A stretch of DNA of 64,000 nucleotides from Chiloscyllium plagiosum (GCF_004010195.1 NC_057720.1:16372478-16436477); one strand, 5' to 3'; shown: positions 38,559 through 52,457, counted from the first letter of the stretch. The notes: generated from the letters alone by a model not told the origin. Program-made: numbers and translations.

Positions 38559-39687
38559 AATTATATCCTTCACCATGGCCTAAATCAATCTATTCAGATT
38601 AAAGCCAGGATTTTTTTCTTTTGGGGGTAGCATCAAAGCCAAAATAATGTAAACTTTCCACTACATTACATTGCGGTTTACTTGTATAGTATATTTTGTG
38701 CCCGTGTCTACTATAGACTTCAAAAAGTCAATAATTTTGTTTCTAAAGTTTAATTTATAATGTCATTCCTTGAAGATCCAACACAGTAGTGAGACTGAAA
38801 AATCTCAGAGTCAAAAAGGGACACCACAGTTTAATAATTGCAGATTAAAGTTTATTGAAGGAGTTACATTTTCATTCACTGAAACCCTCCCGTGGTTTTG
38901 ACAATGAATACAATATCACTTCAACTCTTCAGCTGATACCAAGTGCTCAATTTGCTCTGGACTCACTGTGGCATATTTTAATTAGAATATCAATGAAAGC
39001 AGGAGGAAGTGATCAACATTAAGATCAGACTGTTAGATGGCACAATTTACAGTTCGTAGAATCAATCTCTAATGCACAAAGTTTATCCATAAACAATATA
39101 AATATTATTGATAAGAATGCAGAAATCTGGCCAGTGATTCATATTCCTTCAAAATAAATGAACACAATGAAGTGGTATGGAAAGTGTACACTAAAGCCTA
39201 CCTGGTTTCAAATGTCTCACTAAGAGCGTATGTGCACAGTTTGATACCACAAGAATCAATGTTTGAATAGAACTTTGACCAGATTACACAGAATATTGCT
39301 AAGAACAAAACACTACATAAAATAGATAGCCACAGGAAAAATAGTCATGCTTAACAGGCAGCAGAAATGCAACTGCTTATAATTTGGATTTAGAAATTTT
39401 CCAGAAAGTTCATATGGTAGACATTGGTATTGAGAAATACAACAGAAGAACTGAAAGTTAATGCATCGGCAAAGACTGAACAAATCAACTATACTTGGCA
39501 AATCACTTACCGGTTCAAGCAATAAATAGCTACCATGCTTCAGATTTCTTTGAATGCACAAAACATACTTGGTAGCTGGAGACTAATATTTTAATTATCC
39601 AAAAGGCTACCCTTCAACAAACGCTCGTAATAATTGGTCATTCAAGTGATTAAACTCATATTTGCTGGTATACCACTTTTTAATGAT

Positions 39688-40290
39688 TGCTATGATGCTA
39701 GTTTGTGGTAATACTGGACAAAGTCAGATCCCAGGATAAGAGCTGGCTTGATTAATCCTAAATTTTATTTTTTACTATGGCGGTCAGTCACTGAAAATAT
39801 TCACAAGAGGAAGCCAATGTACTTTTAACAAAAGAACAAACATTTATTATTTGTTTGGTAGCAATACTCAAAAGCATTTCTTCTTGCACTTGTCAGAACA
39901 TGCAAGAACACCAATTTAAGGGAAAACATTTATACTTTGAGGAAAAAAAATCTGATTGGCTGAAGAGTGGATTCTGATATACACATACCAGTATAAAAGC
40001 CAGTTTCCCTTTAAAATCGTGCTGCTTATTGTCCTGATCAGTGCAAGATAAAAAGATTTAACAAAGAATTGTTTATCACACAATAGCAAAACACAAACTA
40101 TGTTACATTACACAAAAGCTATTTAAAATGCTACTTAAAATGAATATCAAAGAAAGATTCATTCCTTTACCCCAACCGTATATAAATCTCAGGTGAGGGT
40201 CATCCTGTCTGCATACTAAAACAGCTCATTCAGTTGACATGGCTGCAATTGTTTCCCTTTTGGCAACTTTCTGCATTTCACTGATACGGT
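39688..40290. repeat. Unclassified repeat, copy 2, with inverted PLE remnants inserted at about 39855-40070
   Basis: Similar to 17535-17940. The insert carries gtcctgatcagtgcaagataaaaag and an inverted copy of it. Confidence 0.55.
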
Positions 40291-40463
40291 TTTCTTTAAA
40301 TGTTGCTTACCAAGACTATAAGCAATCTGCTAATTCAGTTCAGTTCCTGCTGGGGGAGGGGGGGGGGGGGGGGGTGGAATTGTTGCTTGCTAGTCATTTA
40401 GGTATAATCAGGTGATTGTCTTTCATTTTCTTCTCAAAATTAAATTTGACCTCTTTAAAAACA

Positions 40464-40752
40464 GTGGCACAGTGGTTAGCACTGCTGCCTCACAGCGCCA
40501 GAGACCGGGGTTCAATTCCCACCTCAGGCGACTCTCGGTGTGGAGTTTGCACATTCTCCCCGTGTCTGCGTGGGTTTCCTCCGGGTCCTCCACAATCCAA
40601 AAATGTGCAAGTTAGGTGAATTGGCCATGCTAAATTGCCCGTAGTGTTAGGTGAAGGGGTAAATGTAGGGGGAATGGGTTTGGGTGGGTTGCGGGTCGGT
40701 GTGGACTTGTTGGGCCGAAGGGCCTGTTTCCACACTAAGTAATCTAATCTAA
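40464..40752 (+). mobile_element. HE1-type V-SINE
   Basis: A/B boxes, V-domain and (atcta)n tail. Confidence 0.93.
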
Positions 40753-41737
40753 TTTGTACAGAACTGAAAATTAAATTCAGCATTTGTTCCCCTTCAGAAG
40801 CAAAGCTCAAACAATAAAACCCTGAACCTTCATCACAGACTTTCAATGATAATAATCCTGTTAGGATAATAGACTTCCATTAATTTGGAATTTAAAACTT
40901 AGTAAGTACTTTACCTCGAGTTTGATCCGTGTAAAATCAACCAGTCTTTTCAGAAGATGTCAGTCATGGCTCAGTCAGTTGAACACCTTGCTTGGTATGG
41001 CTAAGAAAAATGGATCTTTAAAGGTGTTGAGATTATTAAATGAGAAAGATTTTTTGATAAGATTATCTTCCTTGATGAAATGTGCTCTTAAAAGAATCTT
41101 AATGAAAAAAAAAGTGTCATGAGCAATGAGAATCCCCCTTTCTCAGTATTACTGTTTGATGTATCCAGGGGTGGGCAAGCTTGCATTGACATTCTTGCCC
41201 TATGATAAATGACACCCTTAAGTCAATAATGAAAACCCACTCCAGGGCCTTATGCCACTACTATTGGAGTTGAACCCACACCTGTAGAGCAATTGCAACT
41301 TGGGAAGCCCAAAGAACAAAGTCTGTTGCATGCTGTCAGGAGACCTCACATTCTAAGGCACTCTGCACCTGATTGAGGAAAAGGGGGAAACCTAGGAGAT
41401 CCAAATCCTGACCATGCTGATGAATCACATCCATTGTGACCCCCAGCCCACCCTCACTCATCTGTGTTGTCAGTCTCATCTTTTTGTAGGTGTATTACCA
41501 GAAGCAGTCACTGGTCCCCTCTGAGGCTACTTGCAATGCACTGTATCTGACTGGCTGGCAATCAGCAGGCAGCATTTTTGCCATGGTGCCTTTGACCTGG
41601 GGGAATGCCTGCACCAGCCACCTGGTAAACCTTCATTTAAAAATGATGTGAGGCTCCTACCATGCTTCTGTTGATAGTTCTGACCCACACTGTCTACATT
41701 AAATGTGACCTTGGAAATGAGTACAAAAAATAATGGC

Positions 41738-42065
41738 TATGGGGAGATGCCATTGGACTAGTAATCCAGACCTTCAGGCTATTTTTCTGGGGACTTGATA
41801 TTGACTCCAACCACTGCGGATGGTTAAAATGAATCCAATAAAATTCTGGAATTAAAAAAAGCTAGCCTAAAGGTCACCATTGACAACTGATATAAAACCC
41901 ACCTGATTCACTCACGTACTTCAGGGAAGGAAATCTATCATTTCTTATCCAGTCTGACCTACATGTGACCTTGGATCATAATAATGTAGTTGATCCCTTG
42001 AGGTGGGAATAGGCAATCAGTGCTCGACTAACCAGCAATGCCCACAACCCATGAACAAATTTGAA
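41738..42065 (+). mobile_element. tRNA-derived SINE with Zenon-like LINE tail
   Basis: Colinear with 43022-43347. Confidence 0.75.
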
Positions 42066-43021
42066 AAATTAATTAGCCAACTGGATTGAATGGCTTTTTT
42101 TCTGTGCTTTATCTATGTAATTATTTATGATATCTCCATATCAACAAATCTTCCACTGAATCCTGCAAGTTGCAGTACGCAGGTTAAATTTATTTCCTTC
42201 ATGAAGTGGGAAATTGAGTGAAAACCTACTCTCTTTGAATTGGCTCTGCAGGATTTCAATGGCAGTTAGGAACTACATAACAGAGTGAATTCAAATAAAA
42301 GTGAACTGCCATCTATATGACACACACAGCAAGCACCACATTCAGAAGATTGCTTAAGACTTTCTACATGGTCAACCTATCCACATATTGGATTCTACTG
42401 GCAATCTGATTTACTTTCAGATTTTGTATAGATGCAGATAGCCACATTTTCTGGGTTTTCTCAATTTTCTCTGCTAAGACTTCTCTGATGAACTTTGTCA
42501 CAAGAATATCAAAACCAGTTCCCTCAAACGCAGCACATCATCACAGTACATGAAGACAGATAAAAAACATAATTCTAATCTCCAGGAGATCAAGGTTAAT
42601 GCACAGTAAGAAACATGACATTGACAATACCCAAAGAAAAATTAGTCATTTTCCACAGGTGTTCTTAAGTATTGATTTTTTTGGTGGAGCTTTTCCAGGT
42701 CACTTTGCTTTTTAGTGTTACAAGATCTATATATCCATATCCAAAAGCAAAACAAAATGGTATTGACAATGCAATAAAGCAACTCAATAATCTAAAAGCA
42801 AGTTAATTATTCTCCAGTCCATGGTATTGTAACTCTGAAGTAGGGTAACCTCAGATGACTTTCAAAAGTATGGGCACACACTTTGCAATGAGCTAAAGGA
42901 ACATGGATTGACATTAATCAATAACAATCCATACCAATCAATGTGGATAGATATAGATCAGGGTAGATTGATATACACTGGTACAGATTAATATAAATCA
43001 TGTTAAATGGATGGATACAGG

Positions 43022-43347
43022 TGGGGAGGCAATGTCCTAGTGGTATCATTGCTGGACTAGAGACCCAGGTTTAAACCATGGCAGATGGTAGATTTTGAAT
43101 TTAATAAAACAAAAATCTGGAATTAAGAGTTGAATGATGACCTTGAATCCATTGTTGATTGTCAGAAAAATCCACTGGTTCACTAATGTCATCCAGGGAA
43201 GGAAACTGCCAGCCTCACCTGTTCTAGCCGACAAGTGACTCCAGACCCACAGCAACATGGCTGACTTGTAACTACCCTCAGGGCAATTCGGGATGGACAA
43301 TAAATGCTGGCCAAGCCAGCAACACCCACATCCTGAATAAACAAAAC
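43022..43347 (+). mobile_element. tRNA-derived SINE with Zenon-like LINE tail
   Basis: A-box-like tgtcctagtgg. The 3' end gggcaattcgggatggacaataaatgctggcc matches the LINE end at 20095-20160. Confidence 0.8.
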
Positions 43348-43446
43348 ATATTTCTGCACAGCAGCTCTTCCGCATCATATGGAAATTGAACTGTCATTAA
43401 AAACCATTCTGCACAGAATTTTAACTCCTTACAAAACTTTTCTTTC

Positions 43447-45157
43447 AAGAATCCAGAGAAAGTATATTCCTGTCAGGGTGAAAGGGGAGGCTGGTAGGTA
43501 TAGGGAATGCTGGATGACTCAAGAAATTGAGGGTTTGGTTAAGAAAAAGAAGGAAGCATATGTCAGGTATAGACAGGATAGATTGAGTGAATCCTCAGAA
43601 CAGTATAAAAGGAAGTAGGAGTATACTTAAGAGGGAAATCAGGAGGGCAAAACGGGGACATGAGATAGCTTTGGCAAATAGAATTAAGGAGAATCCAAAG
43701 GGTTTTTACAAATATATTAAGGACAAAAGGGTAACTAGGGAGAGAATAGNNNNNNNNNNNNNNNNNNNNNNNNNNNNNNNNNNNNNNNNNNNNNNNNNNN
43801 NNNNNNNNNNNNNNNNNNNNNNNNNNNNNNNNNNNNNNNNNNNNNNNNNNNNNNNNNNNNNNNNNNNNNNNNNNNNNNNNNNNNNNNNNNNNNNNNNNNN
43901 NNNNNNNNNNNNNNNNNNNNNNNNNNNNNNNNNNNNNNNNNNNNNNNNNNNNNNNNNNNNNNNNNNNNNNNNNNNNNNNNNNNNNNNNNNNNNNNNNNNN
44001 NNNNNNNNNNNNNNNNNNNNNNNNNNNNNNNNNNNNNNNNNNNNNNNNNNNNNNNNNNNNNNNNNNNNNNNNNNNNNNNNNNNNNNNNNNNNNNNNNNNN
44101 NNNNNNNNNNNNNNNNNNNNNNNNNNNNNNNNNNNNNNNNNNNNNNNNNNNNNNNNNNNNNNNNNNNNNNNNNNNNNNNNNNNNNNNNNNNNNNNNNNNN
44201 NNNNNNNNNNNNNNNNNNNNNNNNNNNNNNNNNNNNNNNNNNNNNNNNNNNNNNNNNNNNNNNNNNNNNNNNNNNNNNNNNNNNNNNNNNNNNNNNNNNN
44301 NNNNNNNNNNNNNNNNNNNNNNNNNNNNNNNNNNNNNNNNNNNNNNNNNNNNNNNNNNNNNNNNNNNNNNNNNNNNNNNNNNNNNNNNNNNNNNNNNNNN
44401 NNNNNNNNNNNNNNNNNNNNNNNNNNNNNNNNNNNNNNNNNNNNNNNNNNNNNNNNNNNNNNNNNNNNNNNNNNNNNNNNNNNNNNNNNNNNNNNNNNNN
44501 NNNNNNNNNNNNNNNNNNNNNNNNNNNNNNNNNNNNNNNNNNNNNNNNNNNNNNNNNNNNNNNNNNNNNNNNNNNNNNNNNNNNNNNNNNNNNNNNNNNN
44601 NNNNNNNNNNNGAATATTGCGTGCAATTCTGGTCTCCTTCCTATCGGAAAGGTGTTGTGAAACTTGAAAGGGTTCAGAAAAGATTTACAAGGATGTTGCC
44701 AGGGTTGGAGGATCTGAGCTACAGGGAGAGGCTGAACATGCTGGAGCTGCTGTTTTCCCTGGAGCATCGGAGGCTGAGGGGCGACCTTAGAGGTTTACAA
44801 AATTATGAAGGGAATGGATAGGATAAATAGATAAAGTCTTTTCCCTGGGGTCAGGGAGTCCAGAACTAGAGGGCATAGGTTTAGGGTGAGAGAGGAAAGA
44901 TATAAAAGAGACCTCAGGGGCAACTTTTTCACGCAGAGGGTGGTACGTGTATGGAATGAGCTGCCAGAGGATGTGGTGGAGGCTGGTACAATTGCAACAT
45001 TAAAGAGGCATTTGGATGGGTATATGAATAGGAAGGGTTTGGAGGGATATGGGCCAGATGCTGGCAGGTGGGACTAGATTGGGTTGGGATATCTGGTCGG
45101 CATGGACGGGTTGGACCGAAGAGTCTGTTTCCATGCTGTACATCTCTATGACTCTAT
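43447..45157 (+). mobile_element. Young CR1 (HER1-like) LINE spanning an assembly gap
   Basis: IKENPKGFYKYIK before the gap. EYCVQFWSP...NFFTQRVVRVWNELP and the tail ctctatgactctat after it. Confidence 0.93.
43750..44611. other. Assembly gap (862 N)
   Basis: Run of N. Confidence 1.
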
Positions 45158-45864
45158 TATACAAATATATTAGTTGCAGCAGTTATGATTTTTGATCACC
45201 CATTTCTACCAACACTTCTCATTCAATTCGCCTTTGTCATGTTGTAACTGCAGGCTCTGGTCTTAGTTCTGTGACAAGTTTATCACTATGTATACAAATA
45301 AAAATTATACTGATCAAATGTCTGTTAGCAATTCTGCAGGCAAGTTATTGATAATAGATTACACTGCATAAAACAAACACATCCTCAGGGGCGTCACAGG
45401 CTTTAAAAAGTGTACAACTTTGTCATGCTTTTTCTGCCACACAAATTTAATTATTTACTATATCTAGCTGTGATTGATTCTTTCTCCCAACTCAGTCTCT
45501 AAGATTTTTTTCCCCCCACAGCAATACCCATTTAAGGGCATCAAAGATTTGATCTCTTGTCTGACACTTCATCTTGCTGCTTTATCCTGCACTTTCCTAT
45601 CACTTCCAGTACTTCTCAATCCTCAAGCTCGTGAATGAAAAGAGACCTACATTTCTAAAGAACATCTGAAGATCTTAGAACATGTCAAAGCATTTGAGAG
45701 GCGATGAAGTAGAAAACACAGTAACTAATTGTGAGCAGGAAAATAATGCAAACAACAAAGAAGAAATGATTTGTGGTAATGATAGAAATTGTTGACGCCT
45801 GGCAGAATCTATGGGAAGATCTGTTATAGTGTACTACCAGTAGAAATGCTCCATCCCCAAAAGG

Positions 45865-46011
45865 TAAAATAATCTAAGGGTCACAACGCCTCAGGAGAAG
45901 GGAGAGGTTAAGGAGTCCTTCTTGTTGACCTCAGCTGGTGTTGGAATTGAACCCGCGCTATTGGCATCATTCTGTATTACAAACTAGGTATTTAGCCAAA
46001 TGAACTAACCA
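45865..46011 (-). mobile_element. tRNA-derived SINE (family distinct from HE1)
   Basis: Minus strand ggttagttcatttgg...gcgggttcaattcc A/B boxes followed by a non-HE1 body. Confidence 0.65.
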
Positions 46012-46084
46012 ATAACTTCCCATTTCCATCCCAAACCCTGTACTGAAACGCTATTGGTTTTGTCAAATCACATTCCATTCCTTG

Positions 46085-46438
46085 CGGGCAGCACGGTGGC
46101 TGAGTGATTAGCACTGCTGTCTCATAACATCAGAGACCAGGTTCAATTCCAACTAGGGCGATTGTCTGTGTGGAGTTTGCACATTTTCCATATGTCTGTG
46201 TGGGTTTCCTCCGGGTGCTCCGGTTTTCTCCCATAGTCCAAAGATTGCAGGTCAGGTGGATTGGCTATGCTAAATAGCTCAAAGTGTACAGGGATGTACA
46301 AATTACATGGATTAGCCATGGGAAATGCAGGGTTATAGGGACAGGGTCGTGGGGTGGGTCTGGGTGGAATCCTCTTTGGAGAGTCAGTGTGGATTTGTTG
46401 AGATGAATAGACTGCTTCCACACTGTCGGGATTGTATG
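46085..46438 (+). mobile_element. HE1-type V-SINE (long, older variant)
   Basis: Head, V-domain and CR1-like tail. Confidence 0.9.
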
Positions 46439-46784
46439 GTCATCTTTACCAACAGTGCCTGTTCTATGTATATCCAATTACACTCCATGGTCCTCCATCA
46501 ACTGTCCCTGAATGCAGCACCTCACTTTGCACCTACCTGATACCCAAGACAAACATGTTTCAAGTCTTTATCAGAGAGTTGTTTTATGTTGATGAAGTCA
46601 CACAAGCATTCTAAGCTAAGAAACAGCTTCAACAACAAATGGACAGATTCATACCTGCACATAGTTTGGTTTCACTATCAGCATCAGGAAGGCAATCATC
46701 ATGGTCCAGGATACTGCTAATGGATATTGGTATTGCACTGACAATGTGTCACTGGAGGTTGCAGATATATTAGTGTATTTGAAC

Positions 46785-47390
46785 CTATGAATTAGGAGTG
46801 GAGGCAAGCCATTAAGCACTTCAGAAATTCAATAAGACTGTGGCTACTCTGTTTGAGTTTCAAATTCGATATTCCCATTTACTACCCCTCCCCCCCACCC
46901 AATAACCTTTGAGTCCTTTCCCCAATGAAAAAGTGTCTACCATTATCTCAATAATATTCAATTGCCTTAATAATAATTGATGCGAGGTCGAGTTCCAAAG
47001 TCACACAACTCTCAGAAAAAAATCTCATCGTTGTCCTATAAAGGTGGCCCCTAATTTTAAAGCAGAGCCCCTCTTCACTTGCCCACAACAGGAAATATTC
47101 TTTGAATGCCCATCTTGTGATGATTGTATATACTTCATTCAAGAAGTGTTTTCTCTAAAGTGCAGTGCAACAAGCCCAGTCTGACCAAGCTTTCTTCATT
47201 AGACAATCTACTCATTCCAGGCATCAAAGTAGTAAATCTCCTCTGAATAATCTCTAACATATTTAAATCCTTTCTTAAATGAGTAGGCCAAAACTGCACA
47301 GTATTTGAGATGTGGTCTCACCAACTTTGACGCTAAATTACCTGCTAAATAAAGGTTAGCATTCTATTGGCCTTCTTAATTACTTGTTCA
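46785..47390 (-). mobile_element. Old CR1 3' end
   Basis: FKIRGHLYRT..RFFSE and the reverse complement of VRPHLKY. Confidence 0.75.
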
Positions 47391-47394
47391 GATC

Positions 47395-47688
47395 AAAATT
47401 GTGTTGGTCTGAATGGTAGTCCAGAGTCCACATGGGATCAGTCGGTTCTGTGGGCAGGCACTGAGAAAGGAGATGTGGCTGTGGTAGTGAGTTTGTTTCA
47501 GGACATGGCTGAAGAGCTTCAGGGCAGAGGAGATAACCTGAGGGTTGCAATGAGAGAGAGATTCACTGAGATCCTTTTGCCTGAAACATCAATGCTCCTG
47601 CTCCTCGGATGCTGCCTAACTTGCTATTCTTTTCTACCACCAAATGTTTGACTCTAATCTCCACCATCTGCAGTCCACACTTTCACCC
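47395..47688. mobile_element. Penelope-like element fragment with inversion
   Basis: 47575-47688 matches the terminal repeat of 52552-52649. The preceding part appears to be opposite-strand PLE sequence. Confidence 0.65.
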
Positions 47689-47724
47689 TCTTAATTGCAT
47701 GCTTTACTTGCATATTTACATTTG

Positions 47725-48500
47725 TAGAATTAGATGTTGAAGCACTGAAAAAGGCCCTAGACCCATCGAGTCTACACTGGTCAAAAACAACCTAACTAAT
47801 TAATCTCATTTTGTAGTATTTGGTCCATAGCCTTGGCATTTTATAGAGTCATAGAGATGTGCTGCACAGAAACAGACCCTTCGGTCCAACCTGTTCATGC
47901 CGACCAGATATCTCAACCCAATCTAGTTTCACATGCCAGCACCTGGCCCATATTCCTCAGAACCTTCCTATTCATATACCCATCCACATGCCTTTTAAAT
48001 ATTGCAGTTGTACTGGCCTCCAGCACTTCCTCTGGCAGCTCATTCCATACACGCACCACCCTCTGCATGAAAAAGTTGCCACTTAGGTCCCTTTTAATAT
48101 TTAATATTTCCTCAATGTTGAGAGTTTCTACCTTTACCATCCTTATGGGCAGTGAGTTCCAGATTCCCACCACCGTTTGGGTGAAAATGTTTTTTCTTAC
48201 GATCCCCTTAAACCTCCTGCCCCTTACCTTAAATCTGTGTGCCCTGGTCATTTAACCCTCCATCAAAGGGAAAGTTTCTTCCACCTATCCTGTTTCTGCC
48301 CTCAATTTTATACATTTCAATCATGTACTCCTCTCAGTCTCCTCTGCTCCAAGGAAAATAAACTCAGTCTAAGCCAATCTCTCTTCATAACAAAAACTCT
48401 CCAGCACAGGTAAATCTCCCCTGCTCTCTCTCCAGTGCAATCACATATCTTCAATAATGTGGAATCCAGAAGTGCAACTGATATTCTAGCTATGGCTTAA
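47725..48500 (-). mobile_element. CR1 3' end with a nested HER1-like 3' end (47843-48096)
   Basis: Two tandem FFTQ/FFMQRVV.VWN.LP motifs in ORF 47913-48251. Confidence 0.85.
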
Positions 48501-48584
48501 TGTAACCTAATCTATTTTAAGACTCATTTTCTAGAACAGAGATCACTCTGCACTTTAGAATTTGCAGTCACTCCTGCTGAAGTC

Positions 48585-49320
48585 TTAGAAATGTACAGCA
48601 TAGAAACATGGCTCTTCAGTCCAACACGTCCATGCTGACCAGATAACCTAAATTAATCTAGCTCCATTTGCCAGGACTTGGCCCATCTCCCTCTAAACGC
48701 TTCCTATTCATATACCGATCCAGATGCCTTTTATACGTTGTAATTGTATTTGCCTCCACCACTTCCTCTGGCAGTTCATTCCATATACACACCACCCTCT
48801 GCGTGAAAAGGTTGCCCCTTCGGTCCCTTTTAAATGTTTCCCTTCTCATTCCAAACCTACACACTCTAATTCTGGACTCCCTCATCCTGGGGAAAATACC
48901 TTGGCTATTCACCCTCTCTCAGCTCTTCATGATTTTATAAACTTCTATACGGTCACCCCTCAGTCTCCGATGCTCCAGGGAAAACAGCCCCAGCCTGTTC
49001 AGCCTCTTTCATTCGTTCAAACCCTACAACGCTGGCAACACGCTTGCAAATCTTTTCTGAATCTTTTCAAGATTCACAACATCCTTCCGATAGCAGGATA
49101 CCAAATCTGTATGCAGTATTCCAAAAGTGGCCTAACCAATGTCCCGTACAGCCATAACATGACCTCCCAACTCCTGTACTCAATGCACTAAGCAATAAAG
49201 GCATACCAAATGTTTTCTTCAGTATCCTGTCCACCTGCAAAGACTTTCAAGGAACTATGAATCTGCATTCCAAGGTCTCTTTGTTCAGCAACACTCCCAA
49301 GGACCTTACCATTACATGTC
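48585..49320 (-). mobile_element. CR1 (HER1-like) 3' fragment
   Basis: NLFTQRVVCIWNELPEEVVEA and tail. Confidence 0.9.
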
Positions 49321-49444
49321 TTCGCTCAAAATTTCTTATATTTATGGGGGGGGGGGGGAAAATGTTGTTGGCACAGGAAGGGATAGAGTATACAAACAGA
49401 AAAACAAGAGTTAACAGATCAAAACGAGAAAAAAAAAGAATTTA

Positions 49445-51600
49445 CAGGACAAATACATGTCAACAGTTATGATTTTATAGCCATTACTGAGATATGGTTA
49501 TAAAGATACCAAAGTTGGGAACTAAATTTTCAGTGTGTGAGACTTTTGAAAAGGACAGAGAGGATAGAAAAGGTGGTGGGGTGGCATTATTGGGAAGAAA
49601 TAGGTACAAGAGCAAGCAATGATCTTGGATTGGAATCTAATTAGATGGAGATAAGAAATAAAAAGGGTAAGACGTCACTGGCAGTAGCAGTCTACAGGTA
49701 GCCATATAGTGGAACACATTACATTGGGAGATAATGCTGGCATGTAGTAATGACAGTCCATTAATTATGGGTGACTTTAATCTTCATGTCTATTGAGATA
49801 GTCAGATTAGTAGAGGTGGCCATGAGGAAGAATTCAAAACAGTTTCCAAGAAACAAGTATTGTGGATCCAACCAGGAATCAGGCTATTTTTGATTTGGTG
49901 ATGGGTAATGAGACAGGTTTAACAAATAATGTCCAAGTAAAAGATGCCAGAGGAAACAATGACCATTATGTAATAGAGTTTAGTATTTAGTGTGAACAGA
50001 AAGAACCTGCATTAGAAACAACTGTTCTCAACTTAAATGAGGATAATTACAAAGGAATAAGAGCACAATTGGCTGAAGCGGATGGGGAAAGGAGCAAACA
50101 CCAACGGCAGGTATTTAAGAAAATAGTTTGTGGTTCACTAAGGATATATTCAAGAGAGGAAGGAGGATTCCAGGAAGGGGATAAACCAACATGGTTAACC
50201 AGGGAAGCTAATGATATAATCAAATTGAAAGAAAAAACATACAAATCAACAACAATTAACAGTAAGCCTGAGGTTCAAGAAAACTACAAAACCTAGAAAT
50301 TACAACTAAAATTATAACAGAAAGCAAGAGAAAACAAACTTTGTGGATAAACTTTTAAGTAATATCAAGATGGACAGCAAGAGCTTCTTGAAATGTATAA
50401 AAAGGAAGACAGAAGTCAAAGTGAACATAGGCACCTTAGAAAATGAGGCTGGGGAAATAATGGGAAAGCAGGAAATGGAGTTGAATAAATATTTCCAGTT
50501 TTCACAGCAGAATTCCAAAATCACTAAATAAGCAAGGGACAAAAGGGAGGAGAGGCAATAAATACACTAGCTATCACTGGAGAAAAAGTATTGAAGAAAC
50601 TAATTGGGCTACAGACCAGTAAGTCCTTGAGACCTTTAATATCGAAGATATCAAAGGAACTAGCTACAAAGATAGTGAATGCACTGGTAGTAATTTTTCA
50701 GGAATACTTAGATTCCGGAAAAAGTCCCAGGGGATTGAAATATTGCCAACATAGTACTTTTATTTAAAAAGGGGGTCAAAAAAAAACTATAGGCCAGTCA
50801 TTTAATATTAGTTATTGTGAAAATATTAGAGTCTATTATAAAGATGCAACAGCAGCACATTTAGAAATACACAATAATTTCAAGCAAAGGCAGCATGACT
50901 TCATGAAGGAGAACTCATGTCTGACAAACTTACTGAAATTCTTTGAGTTAAACAGCCTGGATGTAATTGGATTTAATAGATAACAGAGTTAGGATAAGGG
51001 GGGCATTTTTAGGATGCCAACCTGTAACTGATGGAGTGTCACAGGGGACAGTGCTGGGGTCACAATTATATAATAACATCTATAATCGATTTGGATGGGA
51101 AAAGTGAATGCACTATAGCCAAGTTCGTAAATGACAAAAGTAAATGGGAAAGCAAATGTGAAAATGTGGTTACGTACTTTGGCAAGAAAAGAGGAGCTGA
51201 GTATTATTTACATGGAGAAAGACTGCAGAAAGCCACAGAACAGATGGATTTAAGAGTCCTTCTCCTTGAATGACAAGATGCTAGCAGCCAAGTTCAGCAA
51301 GTAATAGGGAAGACAAATGGAATATTGGCCTTTATTTCAAAGGGAATGGAGTGTAGAGAGTTTTTGTTAAAACTGTACATGGCACTAGTCAGACCACAAT
51401 TGAAATATTGCGAACAATTTTGGGCCTCTTATCTAAAGAAAGATTTACTGGTATTGGAGGCAGGTCAGAGAATATTCACTTGGCTGATACCAGGAAGAGA
51501 TGTTGAGTACATTCAGCGGACTTTAGAAAAATGAGAGGTGACCTTATTGAAACAAACAAGATTTTTTAGGGGACTTGACAGGGTAGATGTGAAGAGGTAG
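49445..51600 (+). mobile_element. Old near-full CR1 ORF2 remnant (APE and RT)
   Basis: AITEIWL, GGGVALL, MGDFN, PTRNQAIFDLV, NYRPVI, QGTVLG and VRPQLKYCEQFW. Confidence 0.88.
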
Positions 51601-51604
51601 TGTG

Positions 51605-52200
51605 AAAGGTAAATGTCCTTATCTAAATCACTGATATAGATTGCAAAAAGTTGAAATGCTATCACAGACCTTTCTGGACTCCACTTGTTACATCCCAAAA
51701 AGATCATTTAGGCACACTGTCTTCTGTTAGCCAGCTAATCGTTTATCATGCTAATATTGCATAAAAAAGCTTCATATGACAGACACAAAGCTTACTGACT
51801 AAAGCTATGTTTTCGGTTTTCCACCATCCTCCCTTCTTGAATCAAGGAGAAATGTTTGTAACTTTCCAGAATCCAGCGAATTTTGACAAATTAACACCAA
51901 ACATCTACATTACATCACATTAGCCACCTATTTTAAGACACTAGGATGAAGTCCATTGGGACCCAGGAACTTGCCAATTGCTCAGTACTGCCTCCAGAGT
52001 GACTGTTATTTCTACAAGTTCCGGTCTATGTTCCAGCTCCTGAGTTACAGCTATTATTGGAATGTTGTTTACATCTTCTATAGAGCAGGCAGAAAAAAAG
52101 TTGTTCATTTAATCTATTTCCTCATTATCTGGTTGTAAATTTACTCGCTGAGCTGGTACATTTATTCTGACATTTCGTCACCATGCTAGGTAACATTATC
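51605..52200 (-). mobile_element. Old CR1 fragment
   Basis: SPERSVIAFQLFAIYISDLD and the reverse complement of a GPNGLHPSVL motif. Confidence 0.65.
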
Positions 52201-52457
52201 AGTGAGTCTCCGATGAAGCACTGGTGTTCTGTCCCATTTGCTATTTGTGTATCTTGGTCTGTTGTAGTGGGCAATTTAGTGGTTAGCACTGCTGCCAAGG
52301 ACCCAAGTTCGATTCCAGTCTTGGGCAACTGTCGGTGTGGAGTTTGCACATGCTCCCCGTGACTGCGTGGGTCTCCCCCAGGTTCTCTGGTTTCCTCACA
52401 CAATTCAAAGATATGCAGGTCAGGTGATTTGGACATTCTAAGTTGCCCCTAGGTGCA

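Noticed and set aside
41130..41700. Possible Harbinger transposase relic (GFP/GF motifs on the minus strand)
   Set aside because: Similarity too weak to support without a profile search.
43587..44767. 357-aa and 353-aa ORFs
   Set aside because: Artefacts of reading through the N gap inside a CR1.
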